NCBI RefSeq assembly: GCF_053078305.1
Contig: NZ_CP166879.1
Reading direction: 5' to 3' (one strand)
DNA: 64,000 nucleotides
The position numbers and the translations under genes were made by a program. Of this stretch, positions 31,436 to 41,966 are shown one piece after another (the first letter of the stretch is position 1; each line of letters starts with the position of its first letter). The notes beneath the pieces are model-generated. The model had not been told where the DNA came from. It was given only the letters and a program-made list of their open reading frames with translations, and did not search any database.

Positions 31436-32500
31436 ATGAGTAAAGTGAAAAGTATCACCCGTGAATCCTGGATCCTGAGCACTTTCCCGGAGTGGGGTAG
31501 CTGGTTGAATGAAGAAATTGAACAAGAGCAGGTAGCTCCTGGTACATTCGCGATGTGGTGGCTCGGTTGTACCGGGATCTGGCTGAAATCGGAAGGCGGT
31601 ACCAACGTCTGCGTCGATTTTTGGTGCGGTACTGGCAAACAAAGTCACGGTAACCCGCTGATGAAACAGGGTCACCAGATGCAGCGTATGGCTGGCGTGA
31701 AAAAACTGCAGCCGAACCTGCGCACTACGCCGTTTGTTCTTGATCCATTTGCTATTCGCCAGATCGACGCCGTCCTGGCGACTCACGATCACAACGATCA
31801 TATCGACGTAAACGTCGCTGCTGCCGTGATGCAGAACTGCGCTGATGACGTACCGTTTATCGGACCGAAAACCTGCGTGGATTTATGGATCGGCTGGGGC
31901 GTGCCGAAAGAACGTTGCATCGTGGTTAAACCGGGCGACGTGGTGAAAGTCAAAGACATTGAAATTCATGCGCTTGACGCCTTCGACCGTACTGCACTGA
32001 TTACCCTGCCTGCGGATCAAAAAGCGGCAGGCGTGCTGCCAGACGGCATGGACGATCGCGCAGTAAACTACCTGTTCAAAACGCCGGGCGGTTCGCTGTA
32101 TCACAGCGGCGACTCCCACTACTCCAACTACTATGCAAAACATGGTAACGAACATCAGATCGACGTGGCGTTAGGATCGTACGGCGAAAACCCGCGCGGT
32201 ATCACCGACAAAATGACCAGCGCCGATATGCTGCGTATGGGCGAAGCGCTGAATGCGAAAGTAGTGATCCCGTTCCACCACGATATCTGGTCAAACTTCC
32301 AGGCCGATCCGCAAGAGATCCGCGTGCTGTGGGAGATGAAAAAAGATCGCCTGAAATATGGCTTTAAGCCGTTTATCTGGCAGGTGGGCGGCAAATTTAC
32401 CTGGCCGCTGGATAAAGACAACTTCGAGTACCACTATCCGCGCGGTTTCGATGATTGCTTCACTATTGAACCGGATCTGCCGTTCAAGTCATTCCTGTAA
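31436..32500 (+). CDS. ulaG: L-ascorbate-6-phosphate lactonase
   Basis: 354 aa metallo-beta-lactamase-fold protein (HDHNDH motif), divergent from ulaA. Confidence 0.9.
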
Positions 32501-32513
32501 TCTGTCGTTTATA

Positions 32514-32546
32514 CCGGATAGCGTGGAGAAGTTCGCGCTATCCGGC
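32514..32546 (+). terminator. Inverted repeat after ulaG (possible terminator or REP-like element)
   Basis: 10-bp stem ccggatagcg / cgctatccgg with 12-nt loop; weak T-tract, so terminator function is uncertain. Confidence 0.35.
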
Positions 32547-32607
32547 GTAGTATTTCCTGGCTATTTCAAATATCATCTAAAAAAATCAAATTTTATCGGA
32601 ATAGCTC

Positions 32608-33363
32608 ATGACTGAAGCACAAAGACATCAAATCCTCCTGGAAATGCTCGCACAATTGGGCTTTGTGACCGTTGAGAAAGTCGTTGAGCGTCTGGGAATT
32701 TCGCCTGCCACTGCGCGACGCGATATCAATAAACTTGACGAAAGCGGCAAACTGAAAAAAGTGCGCAATGGTGCAGAAGCTATTACCCAACAGCGCCCGC
32801 GCTGGACGCCGATGAATCTGCATCAGGCGCAGAATCACGATGAAAAAGTACGTATCGCTAAAGCGGCCTCGCAGCTGGTTAATCCGGGCGAAAGCGTAGT
32901 CATCAACTGCGGCTCCACCGCGTTTCTGCTTGGGCGGGAAATGTGTGGCAAGCCAGTGCAAATCATCACTAATTATCTACCGCTGGCAAATTACCTGATC
33001 GATCAAGAACATGACAGCGTGATCATTATGGGTGGACAGTACAACAAAAGTCAGTCCATCACTTTAAGCCCGCAGGGCAGCGAAAACAGCCTCTATGCCG
33101 GGCACTGGATGTTTACCAGCGGAAAAGGGCTGACCGCAGAAGGGTTGTATAAAACCGATATGCTGACAGCAATGGCAGAGCAGAAGATGCTGAGCGTGGT
33201 AGGGAAACTGGTGGTACTGGTTGATAGCAGTAAGATTGGCGAACGCGCGGGAATGCTTTTTAGCCGTGCCGATCAAATCGATATGCTTATCACCGGCAAA
33301 AATGCTAACCCGGAAATCCTGCAACAACTGGAAGCGCAAGGGGTCAGCATTCTGCGTGTTTAA
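32608..33363 (+). CDS. ulaR: DeoR-family repressor of the ula regulon
   Basis: 251 aa, helix-turn-helix N-terminus plus sugar-binding domain; matches UlaR. Confidence 0.9.
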
Positions 33364-34109
33364 AGATGCTGGCGGAAAAATGTCACGGCAGCATCTAACG
33401 CCTCAGGCGTAATGCGGTGACGCACGCCTGGCTGCCATGAACAGGTTAGCAGTTTATCCCGTCCCGTCTCGCTTAAGGCCTGCTGCAAACGTAGTGATTC
33501 GTCGGCAGGCACAACGTCATCGTCGAGGCCATGCCACAGCAGTAGAGGTCTGTCACTAAGTTGTTCCAGGTGGTTTGTCGCTTCCCACTCTGCCAGTGGC
33601 GCGACAATGTTATTGAATTCATTCTGCTGTGCTGCCGTTTCAGGTATCAGCGGTGGAAACAGTGAACGGGCGAGTGATGTAAAATAGCCCGATCCCATCA
33701 TGCTGGCGGTACATCTCACCGTGGGGTGGCGAGCGGTAATCCCCAGTGCCGTCATCGCGCCCATCGACGCACCACCGACTGCCAGACGGTCATCACGCAG
33801 CCACTTTTCTTCGGCTATTGCCGCACGTAAAGTAGTGAATTCCTGCATACTTTGTAGCAAGATTTGCCAGAATTGATTTAACCGCCGCGCTGCGTCGCCA
33901 CTAAAACGGCTACCGTGATCGGGCGCATCCGGCATGATCACCCGCAAACCAGCCTGCGCCAGCGCAACGGCAAAATAGCTATACACCAGACTGGACGAAG
34001 TAAAGCCGTGATAAAAAATCACGCACGGTAACGGGGTATCTTTTTGTCCGACAGGATAAGCATGAAGAACGGGAATATCTGCCAGCTCGCGTGATTCTAT
34101 TTCAATCAT
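33360..34109 (-). CDS. yjfP: Esterase
   Basis: 249 aa alpha/beta hydrolase with GASMG nucleophile motif. Confidence 0.85.
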
Positions 34110-34290
34110 CTGTCTCTCCTTTTTGTCTGGTATGACATGAAGAAATCCTTAGCACAAGTTTCTGCTGGCGGTATTAGTTCATAATGTTGAGATGTGGGTT
34201 ACGCTTTCGTCACGTTTTCATTCGAAAATCGCGTACCAGGTAACAATTCGGGAACATTCCCCCAAAGTTAAATTAATAAGGCACTACACT

Positions 34291-34620
34291 ATGGTTAGCA
34301 GGAAACGTAATAGCGTTATTTACCGGTTTGCCAGTTTATTATTGGTGTTGATGTTAAGTGCCTGTAGCGCACTGCAAGGTACGCCACAGCCAGCACCGCC
34401 AGTAACGGACCATCCGCAAGAGATTCGCCGCGACCAGACGCAAGGGTTACAGCGAATAGGTAGCGTAAGCACGATGGTTCGGGGTTCTCCGGATGACGCA
34501 TTAGCAGAAATCAGAGCAAAAGCTGTCGCTGCAAAAGCTGATTATTACGTTGTCGTCATGGTGGACGAAACCATCGTGACAGGACAGTGGTATTCACAAG
34601 CCATTTTGTACCGTAAATAA
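34291..34620 (+). CDS. bsmA: Biofilm stress and motility lipoprotein
   Basis: 109 aa with lipobox LSAC. Confidence 0.85.
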   Translation: MVSRKRNSVIYRFASLLLVLMLSACSALQGTPQPAPPVTDHPQEIRRDQTQGLQRIGSVSTMVRGSPDDALAEIRAKAVAAKADYYVVVMVDETIVTGQWYSQAILYRK

Positions 34621-34768
34621 ATCAGACAACTTACATAGTCAGCTTTACATTGCTTTGCGTCCCTATGCGTTTACCTGTGCACAATAAATTACCGGCTGGA
34701 AGCCTGGGCGTTTATTACCGCGATGGAATGCCCTGCAACATGTGGGGAAACGAAAAATGGAGCTGACG

Positions 34769-35044
34769 ATGAAACAATTACTTGCCTCACCCTCGCTGCA
34801 ATTAGTGACTTATCCTGCGAGCGCCACGGCACAGTCTGCAGAATTCGCCAGTGCTGACTGCGTGACGGGCCTGAATGAAATAGGTCAGATCTCAGTTAGC
34901 AATATTTCAGGGGATCCGCAGGACGTGGAACGTATCGTGGCGTTAAAGGCCGATGAACAAGGTGCGTCATGGTACCGCATTATTACCATGTACGAAGACC
35001 AGCAGCCTGATAACTGGCGCGTACAGGCGATACTGTATGCATGA
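34769..35044 (+). CDS. yjfN: DUF1471-family periplasmic protein
   Basis: 91 aa from MKQLLASPSLQL. Confidence 0.8.
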   Translation: MKQLLASPSLQLVTYPASATAQSAEFASADCVTGLNEIGQISVSNISGDPQDVERIVALKADEQGASWYRIITMYEDQQPDNWRVQAILYA

Positions 35045-35069
35045 GTGTCATCTACAGCAAATGAACAAT

Positions 35070-35103
35070 GCCGGATGCGGCGCGAGCGCCTTGTCCGGCC
35101 TAC
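35070..35103. repeat. REP element
   Basis: gccggatgcggcgcgagcgccttgtccggcctac matches the E. coli REP consensus. Confidence 0.75.
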
Positions 35104-35160
35104 AATTTTCACATATTTCATTGAGTTAATCGAAACCAGCGTCGCATCAGTCGTATACGC

Positions 35161-36786
35161 TTACAAACACACTCCCCCCGTCGCCCGCAGCAATAAATCA
35201 TTCTGGATCTGCTCTGACAACCGTACGCCGCCGCGCGTATCTAACATCACCTGACACCACGCCTGCGCCATTGGCGGAGAGGCATATTTCAACATTTGCG
35301 CACCGCAGCCCAGCAGGAATAGCTGATGAGTAATCTCTCGCCCCAGTTCTTCAGCTGGCTTACGCAGCTGCTGCTGTAAACGACGAACCGCGCGATCAAA
35401 ATAGCGATCCTGCCCTTTCACTTCCACAAATGCTTCCGACAATAAGTCGTATACGCCCGCTTGCTTATTGAGAACGCGCAACACATCCAGGCACATAATA
35501 TTGCCGGAACCTTCCCAAATACTGTTTACCGGCATCTCCCGGTAAAGCCGCGGCAGCTCGCTCTCCTCGCAATAACCAATGCCGCCCAGCACCTCCATCG
35601 CTTCGGCCACAAACGGCATACCTCGTTTGCAGATCACAAATTTTGCCGCAGGCGTAAATAAACGCGCCCACAGGGCTTCTTTGGCATCGGCACGCCGGTC
35701 CCACGCTCGCGCAAGACGAAACAGCAACGCCGTTTGCCCTTCAAGCTGAAGTGCCATGCGACTTAAGACATGACGCATAAGGGGCTGTTGGATCAATGGA
35801 TTACCAAAAACATGGCGTTGATGTGCATGATAAATCGCCAGCGAAAATGCACGGCGCATCATGGCATGGCTACCCAGGGCGCAATCAAAACGCGTCATCC
35901 CCCCCATTTTCAGGATCAGACGAATTCCTTCCCCTTCCTGCCCCAATAACCAGCCAATGGCATCCTGAAACTCCACTTCGCAACTGGCGTTAGAGCGATT
36001 ACCCAGCTTATCTTTCAGCCGCTCGAGGCGAATCGCGTTGCGTTGCCCGTCAGGCAAAAAGCGCGGCACAAAAAAGCAGGACAGACCGCCCGCGGTCTGC
36101 GCCAGCACCAGATGCGCATCGCTTTGCGGAACCGAGAAAAACCATTTATGCCCCACCAGCCGATAAGAGCCATCTTCCAGACGCTCTGCACGGGTGGTGT
36201 TGCTCATGACATCGGAACCGCCCTGCTTTTCCGTCATTCCCATGCCAATCAACAAACCGCGTTTTTGCCCACCTGGCAATAAATGAGAATCGTAGCGATC
36301 GCTCAGCAGCGGCGTGGTCCAGTCCTGAAACGGCGTGGGTAACATCTGTAACAACAATGGCGTGGCGGCAAAGGTCATGGTTATCGGACATAACGACCCC
36401 GCCTCAACCTGTGCGTGCAACATAAAACGCGCCGCGCGCGCCACAAATGCGCCGGAGCGAGCGTCTTCTTCCCAGGCAAGATTGTGCACCCGATTGGTAC
36501 ATAGCGCCTGCATCAGCAGGTGCCAGGCGGGGTGAAAACGCACATCGTCCAGACGGCGTCCTTGCGCATCGTAGCGCAATAATTCAGGCGGATTCACATT
36601 CGCCAGCCGCCCCAGTTCAAGGGATTCAGCCGTTCCTAACTGCTGACCAATACTGGCTAGAAAATCGCTATCCCAGCCAGCACCTTCACGCGTTACCGCT
36701 TCGCAAAGCGCGCCATCAGACAGGTATAAGTTGCTGTTATTTAATGGTATAGGTTGATTAAAAACGGTGTGAGTTTGCCAGTGCAC
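35161..36786 (-). CDS. aidB: Isovaleryl-CoA dehydrogenase-like adaptive-response protein
   Basis: 541 aa from a GTG start (VHWQTHTVFNQ); acyl-CoA dehydrogenase fold. Confidence 0.9.
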   Translation of the reverse strand: MHWQTHTVFNQPIPLNNSNLYLSDGALCEAVTREGAGWDSDFLASIGQQLGTAESLELGRLANVNPPELLRYDAQGRRLDDVRFHPAWHLLMQALCTNRVHNLAWEEDARSGAFVARAARFMLHAQVEAGSLCPITMTFAATPLLLQMLPTPFQDWTTPLLSDRYDSHLLPGGQKRGLLIGMGMTEKQGGSDVMSNTTRAERLEDGSYRLVGHKWFFSVPQSDAHLVLAQTAGGLSCFFVPRFLPDGQRNAIRLERLKDKLGNRSNASCEVEFQDAIGWLLGQEGEGIRLILKMGGMTRFDCALGSHAMMRRAFSLAIYHAHQRHVFGNPLIQQPLMRHVLSRMALQLEGQTALLFRLARAWDRRADAKEALWARLFTPAAKFVICKRGMPFVAEAMEVLGGIGYCEESELPRLYREMPVNSIWEGSGNIMCLDVLRVLNKQAGVYDLLSEAFVEVKGQDRYFDRAVRRLQQQLRKPAEELGREITHQLFLLGCGAQMLKYASPPMAQAWCQVMLDTRGGVRLSEQIQNDLLLRATGGVCL

Positions 36787-36869
36787 TGTGTCTCCCTCCA
36801 TCAATGGCAGTCACCATTAGTATGGTCACTGCCATGGATTCATGACAGAAAGAGATTGCTAAAACATTC

Positions 36870-38033
36870 TTATCCAGCAATGTAATGCGGAACGAAACGT
36901 GAGGTGTCTTTGGTGATCAGTGTGTTATCTTCACGGATCCCCATTCCGCACGCTTCATCATCGACAATCCAGCTACCGATGAGTGTGTAGCTATCGCCAA
37001 ACCGCGGCAGAGGTTGAAACGCCTGGTAGATCATCGGTTCATCGGCGTAATCACCATCAGCGTGGTCAACGACGTTATTCTGGCCGTCGAAAATGGTGAC
37101 ATTTCCGCCTTCGCGCGAGTAGATCGGTTTACGCACATAGCTTTCGCCAGCGGCAATCTGCGGTTTTTCACCCTCAAACCAGGATGCAAGAAGGTTAGGA
37201 TGACCAGGGAAGAAGCGCCAAAGCAGCGGCATTAGCCCTTTATTACTCAAGATACTTTTCCATAACGGCTCCACCCATTGCTCGCGACGCTTGCGCAGCA
37301 GCGGACCATTATCGTCACGCATCATCCACTCCAGCGGATACAGCTTAAATGCACGCTGGATGACATTATCATCAAGATCGGTCAGTACGCCGCCGACGCC
37401 CAAACCGAGATCTTCAATGTAGATAAACCGCGACTCCTGCCCTGCCTGCTGGGCGCAGTCCTGCAAGTACAGCACGGTACTCCTGTCTTCGTCGGTGTCC
37501 TGACAGCAGCAAAAATAAAACGGCTCCCGACTGTAAAGCTCACTAAAGCGCGAAATCAGGCGTTCCTGAATGGCATTGTACTGATCGGCATCACGCGGAA
37601 TAATGCCGCTGCGCCGGGCATCCTCCAGCCACAACCACTGGAAATAAGCCGACTCATACAACGAGGTCGGCGTATCGGCGTTGTACTCCAGCAGCTTCAC
37701 CGGCGCATTGCCACACCAGGCAAAATCCATCCGTCCATACAGCGAAGGATCGCGTGCGCGCCAGCTTTCAGCGATCACATCCCAGTACAACGGAGGGATC
37801 GCCAGTTGCGTCAGGATCTCTTCGTCTTTAACCGCGCGCTCCACCACCTCAAGGCACATCTGATGCAGTTCCGCAGTCGGTTTTTCGATCTGCTCTTCAA
37901 TCTGGCGCAGAGTAAAACGGTAAGCCCGACTCTCGTCCCAATAGATTTCATTGTCGATGATATGAAAGTCGAAACCGTTGTCAGCGGCGATTTGGTCCAG
38001 ATCCCGCCGCACAGGAACGTTGTGTCTCAGCAT
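36870..38033 (-). CDS. yjfC: Glutathionylspermidine synthase-like protein
   Basis: 387 aa from MLRHNVPVRRDLDQ. Confidence 0.85.
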   Translation of the reverse strand: MLRHNVPVRRDLDQIAADNGFDFHIIDNEIYWDESRAYRFTLRQIEEQIEKPTAELHQMCLEVVERAVKDEEILTQLAIPPLYWDVIAESWRARDPSLYGRMDFAWCGNAPVKLLEYNADTPTSLYESAYFQWLWLEDARRSGIIPRDADQYNAIQERLISRFSELYSREPFYFCCCQDTDEDRSTVLYLQDCAQQAGQESRFIYIEDLGLGVGGVLTDLDDNVIQRAFKLYPLEWMMRDDNGPLLRKRREQWVEPLWKSILSNKGLMPLLWRFFPGHPNLLASWFEGEKPQIAAGESYVRKPIYSREGGNVTIFDGQNNVVDHADGDYADEPMIYQAFQPLPRFGDSYTLIGSWIVDDEACGMGIREDNTLITKDTSRFVPHYIAG

Positions 38034-38035
38034 GA

Positions 38036-38674
38036 TTAGCCTCCCCAATGCCCACGGGCGCTGGAAGAACGACCATAGCCGCCGCGAGAAACGGTTGACG
38101 CTTTTTTGGTGGTAAAGCTGCCTGAAGAGTAAGACTCTTTTTTGCCAGAACCGGAGCGCCAGGAGTAATCACCAGAAGTGTTGCGCCAGACGGGGCGCGA
38201 AGCAAAAGAGGAACCGCCGCTGTTATAGACGAACGGCTCATCGCGATCTTTACGAATAACCCGGCTTAACAAAAATCCAGAAACGACCGGGATCCAACTC
38301 TGTTCAACATTGTCGTAGTAGCAATTTTCGTACTTAGACTGACAGTTCTGCTGAGTCATATTCTTCGGAACATCGGCATAAAATGCCGCTTTGGCGTTGT
38401 TCCAGCCACGCGCGCAAATGTCGGCATTATTACCGTCATCAATACAATCCTGCACTGTCGAATAAAACGTTCCGTCGCCGTCGTTATCGACATCGCCACT
38501 ATCGCCACAACCTTTCAATACAAAAAAAGCGGCACCGCCCATTAGCGCCAACGTTAAGTATTTTTGTGCGTAGCGATTGCGACGCGGTTCAAAAGGATTA
38601 TTCGGTCTACCAATGCGACTGATCGCTCCGTGACCAATTTTACTGTTATTTCTTGATTTGCGTTTTCTGGCCAT
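38036..38674 (-). CDS. yjfM: DUF1190-family protein
   Basis: 212 aa. Confidence 0.8.
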   Translation of the reverse strand: MARKRKSRNNSKIGHGAISRIGRPNNPFEPRRNRYAQKYLTLALMGGAAFFVLKGCGDSGDVDNDGDGTFYSTVQDCIDDGNNADICARGWNNAKAAFYADVPKNMTQQNCQSKYENCYYDNVEQSWIPVVSGFLLSRVIRKDRDEPFVYNSGGSSFASRPVWRNTSGDYSWRSGSGKKESYSSGSFTTKKASTVSRGGYGRSSSARGHWGG

Positions 38675-38683
38675 GATCGTCCA

Positions 38684-39082
38684 TTACCATGTCATACAAG
38701 CTGCGTTAAAAATACCGCCAGCCAGCGCGGCGGTTCCCATAAACATTCCTGCTGCGGTATTGTGATTAATAATTTTTTCGCTTAATGCGGGCATATAAAG
38801 TCTGACACCAGCAAAAACGAGTAACTGAATCACCAGTGCAATCCCGCCCCAGGCGAAATAGTCTGGAATACTCACCGCATTGATTGCCGCACTGGATAAG
38901 GGGATCACGTAACCCAACAATGTACCGCTGAACGCCAGTGACGCTGCGGTATTATTGTTTTTGATTAATTGCCATTCATTGTGCGGTGTAATTTTGGAGT
39001 AGATAAACAGAAAAATAATCACCATCGCCACGCCAATAAAAAAATAGGCACTAAAGGCAAGAAGTGAATCCAGTATATGCAT
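38684..39082 (-). CDS. yjfL: DUF350-family inner membrane protein
   Basis: 132 aa from MHILDSLLAF. Confidence 0.8.
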   Translation of the reverse strand: MHILDSLLAFSAYFFIGVAMVIIFLFIYSKITPHNEWQLIKNNNTAASLAFSGTLLGYVIPLSSAAINAVSIPDYFAWGGIALVIQLLVFAGVRLYMPALSEKIINHNTAAGMFMGTAALAGGIFNAACMTW

Positions 39083-39099
39083 TGTAAACGTCCTTGTAA

Positions 39100-39759
39100 T
39101 TAACCAATAATATGAAGTGATGTCAGCGGGATATCGACACCCAACGCGCGCGAAAATAACCACTCTGGCTCGCCGAGATCGTTAAAAGATTCCTCACCAT
39201 TTAGCAGCAAATATTCGTAAGTATCTTCGGTCACTTGCCGCTGGTAGCCCATGGTAAAATTATGGACTTCCCATTTAGCATGATTTTGATTTTCTACTTT
39301 TTCCAGCATGTAGACGGGTTCGATATTTCCCGGTTCTTCGCTGTTAAAAAATCGCTGCCAGCGTTTTTCCTGCCAGTTTAAGGTCATTGCCCCCATCGTT
39401 TTGGCGTTGATCGCCTCGCGCCAGTGACTCTCTTTACTGATACCGTAGCTCTCTTCATAGACAAAGAGCTTGATATCATCAATGTCATCAATATCTTCGC
39501 CGCCGGTGGTATTGATTTGCAGAAACTCATCGCCTGAAGTGTAGTAGCGGAAAATCTGACTACCGCCGCCCAGATCGATGTGGCTGACAGCGGCTACCGT
39601 AAATTCCTCACCCGGCAGCGCAATCAGCAATTCATCTTCCAGCAAACGAAACGCTAACGTGTCGAGCGTAAAGCCACTATTAAGATGAAGTCCCAGCGGA
39701 CCGCGAGCGATTGCAGGCTTATTATCCTTGCCAAACAGACGCTGGAAAAAACCAGACAT
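39100..39759 (-). CDS. yjfK: DUF2491-family protein
   Basis: 219 aa. Confidence 0.8.
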   Translation of the reverse strand: MSGFFQRLFGKDNKPAIARGPLGLHLNSGFTLDTLAFRLLEDELLIALPGEEFTVAAVSHIDLGGGSQIFRYYTSGDEFLQINTTGGEDIDDIDDIKLFVYEESYGISKESHWREAINAKTMGAMTLNWQEKRWQRFFNSEEPGNIEPVYMLEKVENQNHAKWEVHNFTMGYQRQVTEDTYEYLLLNGEESFNDLGEPEWLFSRALGVDIPLTSLHIIG

Positions 39760-39809
39760 ATTTTATCCTTAAAATAGTTGCCAGCCTTGCAGTGAGGCTG
39801 GCAAAAAAA

Positions 39810-40508
39810 TTACTCGCCCTGTTGGCGTTGCAGTCTTGCTAATACATCCTGGGCGCTACTTTTATTGCTACCGCCAATTCCGGCTTCCGCCAGCTTTTCG
39901 TCAAGGTCGCGACCGTCTGCGACTTTCTCCAACTGTGCGGCAGCATCCAGGCGAGCCTGACGTTCGGCCTGACGCGTTTGCAGGCGTTTTAAGGATTCTG
40001 CCGCTGTCGAAACGCTGGAAGATGCGCCAACGGTAGAGGTTGTTACAGCCTGTTGTGCACGCTGCATGGCTTCAGTGGCTTTAACGACTTCCATTTGCTG
40101 CTCAAACTGAGCGATACGCTGCGCTGTCGCTGTAACTGCTTTTTCCACGCCATCACGGGAGACTTCCAGATTCGACAACACTTGCTCTTCAGCGGTAATG
40201 AGATTCTCAAGGTGCGCGATTTCTTCAGCAACTTCGTTAATCAACGACGGATTAACGTTCTTGCTTAACGCTTCCAGCGCACGGGCTTCCAGACTGGCTT
40301 TGCGCTCACGTAAATCTTTCAGCTTATCGTGACTTAATTTCACCCGCGCCAGCAGATCAACGCGAGATTTTCCGGCTTTATCGAGTTCAGCTTTAGCGTC
40401 ACGAATATGCTGTTCCAGCATGCGCACACCCTGGGTTTCTTCAATGGATTCTTCCGCCTGGGAGATAAACGATTTCCCCAGCGTAAATAAACTTTTTAAA
40501 ATTCCCAT
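39810..40508 (-). CDS. yjfJ: PspA/IM30-family protein
   Basis: 232 aa coiled-coil protein. Confidence 0.85.
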   Translation of the reverse strand: MGILKSLFTLGKSFISQAEESIEETQGVRMLEQHIRDAKAELDKAGKSRVDLLARVKLSHDKLKDLRERKASLEARALEALSKNVNPSLINEVAEEIAHLENLITAEEQVLSNLEVSRDGVEKAVTATAQRIAQFEQQMEVVKATEAMQRAQQAVTTSTVGASSSVSTAAESLKRLQTRQAERQARLDAAAQLEKVADGRDLDEKLAEAGIGGSNKSSAQDVLARLQRQQGE

Positions 40509-40526
40509 AAATACCCGTCCTTGTAA

Positions 40527-40928
40527 TTAGTGTGAATATTCTTCTGTAATTTCAGCCAGATCCAATGCGTTATCTACCAGCGAGGTTATCTCAAGCAGGA
40601 TATCTTCAAGAGAAGATTTAAGCGATAACGCCCCGAAAACAATGTAATACGCTTCCTGTTGCACGCTGGAGATTCCTACCGATGACAACGGCATCATCTT
40701 CTGATTTCTTAATAAGAAGGTATTAAATTTATCTGGATTGCTGATACTACTTACCGGACAAATAAAGGTTTCGATAATCATTTGGCGGGAAGTAAAAAGA
40801 ATATTGATTTGCAAATCGCCATAATCATTCATTTTAATAATTAATGCGTTCTCGCTATTTGTTACATCAATATTTTGTTCAGGTACAGTTTGCAGCGCCG
40901 TCGCCAGCGCCAACGGATTCCATGTCAT
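40527..40928 (-). CDS. yjfI: DUF2170-family protein
   Basis: 133 aa. Confidence 0.8.
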   Translation of the reverse strand: MTWNPLALATALQTVPEQNIDVTNSENALIIKMNDYGDLQINILFTSRQMIIETFICPVSSISNPDKFNTFLLRNQKMMPLSSVGISSVQQEAYYIVFGALSLKSSLEDILLEITSLVDNALDLAEITEEYSH

Positions 40929-41054
40929 ATATTATTCCATATAGATTAAGTTTAAATATTAATAAAATGAATATTTGCAATACGTAATTATCTTACCAGC
41001 TATAGACAAAAAAAAACCATCCAAATCTGGATGGCTTTTCATAATTCAGAGGAA

Positions 41055-41786
41055 CTAGCTGCGCTGACGAACCGCTTCAAATAAGCAAATTCCGGTTGCA
41101 ACCGAAACGTTCAGAGAAGAAACACTTCCTGCCATTGGGATGCTGATCAACTCATCGCAATGTTCACGGGTCAGGCGACGCATACCTTCACCTTCCGCGC
41201 CCATCACCAGCGCCAGGCGTCCGGTCATTTTGCTCTGATAGAGTGTATGATCCGCCTCACCTGCCGTACCGACGATCCAGATATTCTCTTCCTGCAACAT
41301 ACGCATGGTACGCGCAAGGTTAGTCACCCGAATCAGTGGAACGCTTTCTGCCGCGCCGCAGGCTACTTTTTTCGCCGTAGCGTTGAGCTGTGCGGAGCGA
41401 TCTTTCGGCACAATCACCGCGTGAACGCCAGCAGCGTCCGCGCTACGCAGGCACGCGCCGAGGTTGTGCGGATCGGTTACACCGTCGAGGATCAGCAGGA
41501 ACGGTTGATCGAGCGAAGCGATCAGCTCCGGCAGATCGTTTTCCTGATACTGACGTCCTGGCTTCACGCGGGCGATAATGCCCTGATGCACGGCACCGTC
41601 GCTTTTCTCGTCGAGATATTGGCGGTTTGCCAACTGGATAACCACGCCCTGAGACTCAAGGGCGTGAATCAGCGGTAACAGACGTTTATCTTCACGGCCT
41701 TTTAAAATAAAGACTTCCTGAAAACGTTCAGGGGCGCGCTCCAGCAGGGCCTGCACTGCGTGGATGCCGTAAATCATTTCGCTCAT
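41055..41786 (-). CDS. rlmB: 23S rRNA (guanosine2251-2'-O)-methyltransferase
   Basis: 243 aa SpoU-family methyltransferase. Confidence 0.9.
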   Translation of the reverse strand: MSEMIYGIHAVQALLERAPERFQEVFILKGREDKRLLPLIHALESQGVVIQLANRQYLDEKSDGAVHQGIIARVKPGRQYQENDLPELIASLDQPFLLILDGVTDPHNLGACLRSADAAGVHAVIVPKDRSAQLNATAKKVACGAAESVPLIRVTNLARTMRMLQEENIWIVGTAGEADHTLYQSKMTGRLALVMGAEGEGMRRLTREHCDELISIPMAGSVSSLNVSVATGICLFEAVRQRS

Positions 41787-41809
41787 TAATGTACTCGTTG
41801 TTTACGTTT

Positions 41810-41915
41810 TGCCTGATGCACTACGTTTATCCGGTCTACATGATCCCTGCAATATCTTGAATTTGCGTGATTATGTAGGCCGGATAAGGCGTTCACGCCG
41901 CATCCGGCATGAACA
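41810..41915. repeat. REP elements between rnr and rlmB
   Basis: Two REP-like palindromes (gcctgatgcactacgtttatccggtctac and gtaggccggataaggcgttcacgccgcatccggca). Confidence 0.7.
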
Positions 41916-41966
41916 AAGCGCATTTTGTCAGCAATCTAACCCTCTTCTGTTTGAAGAGGGCAATGA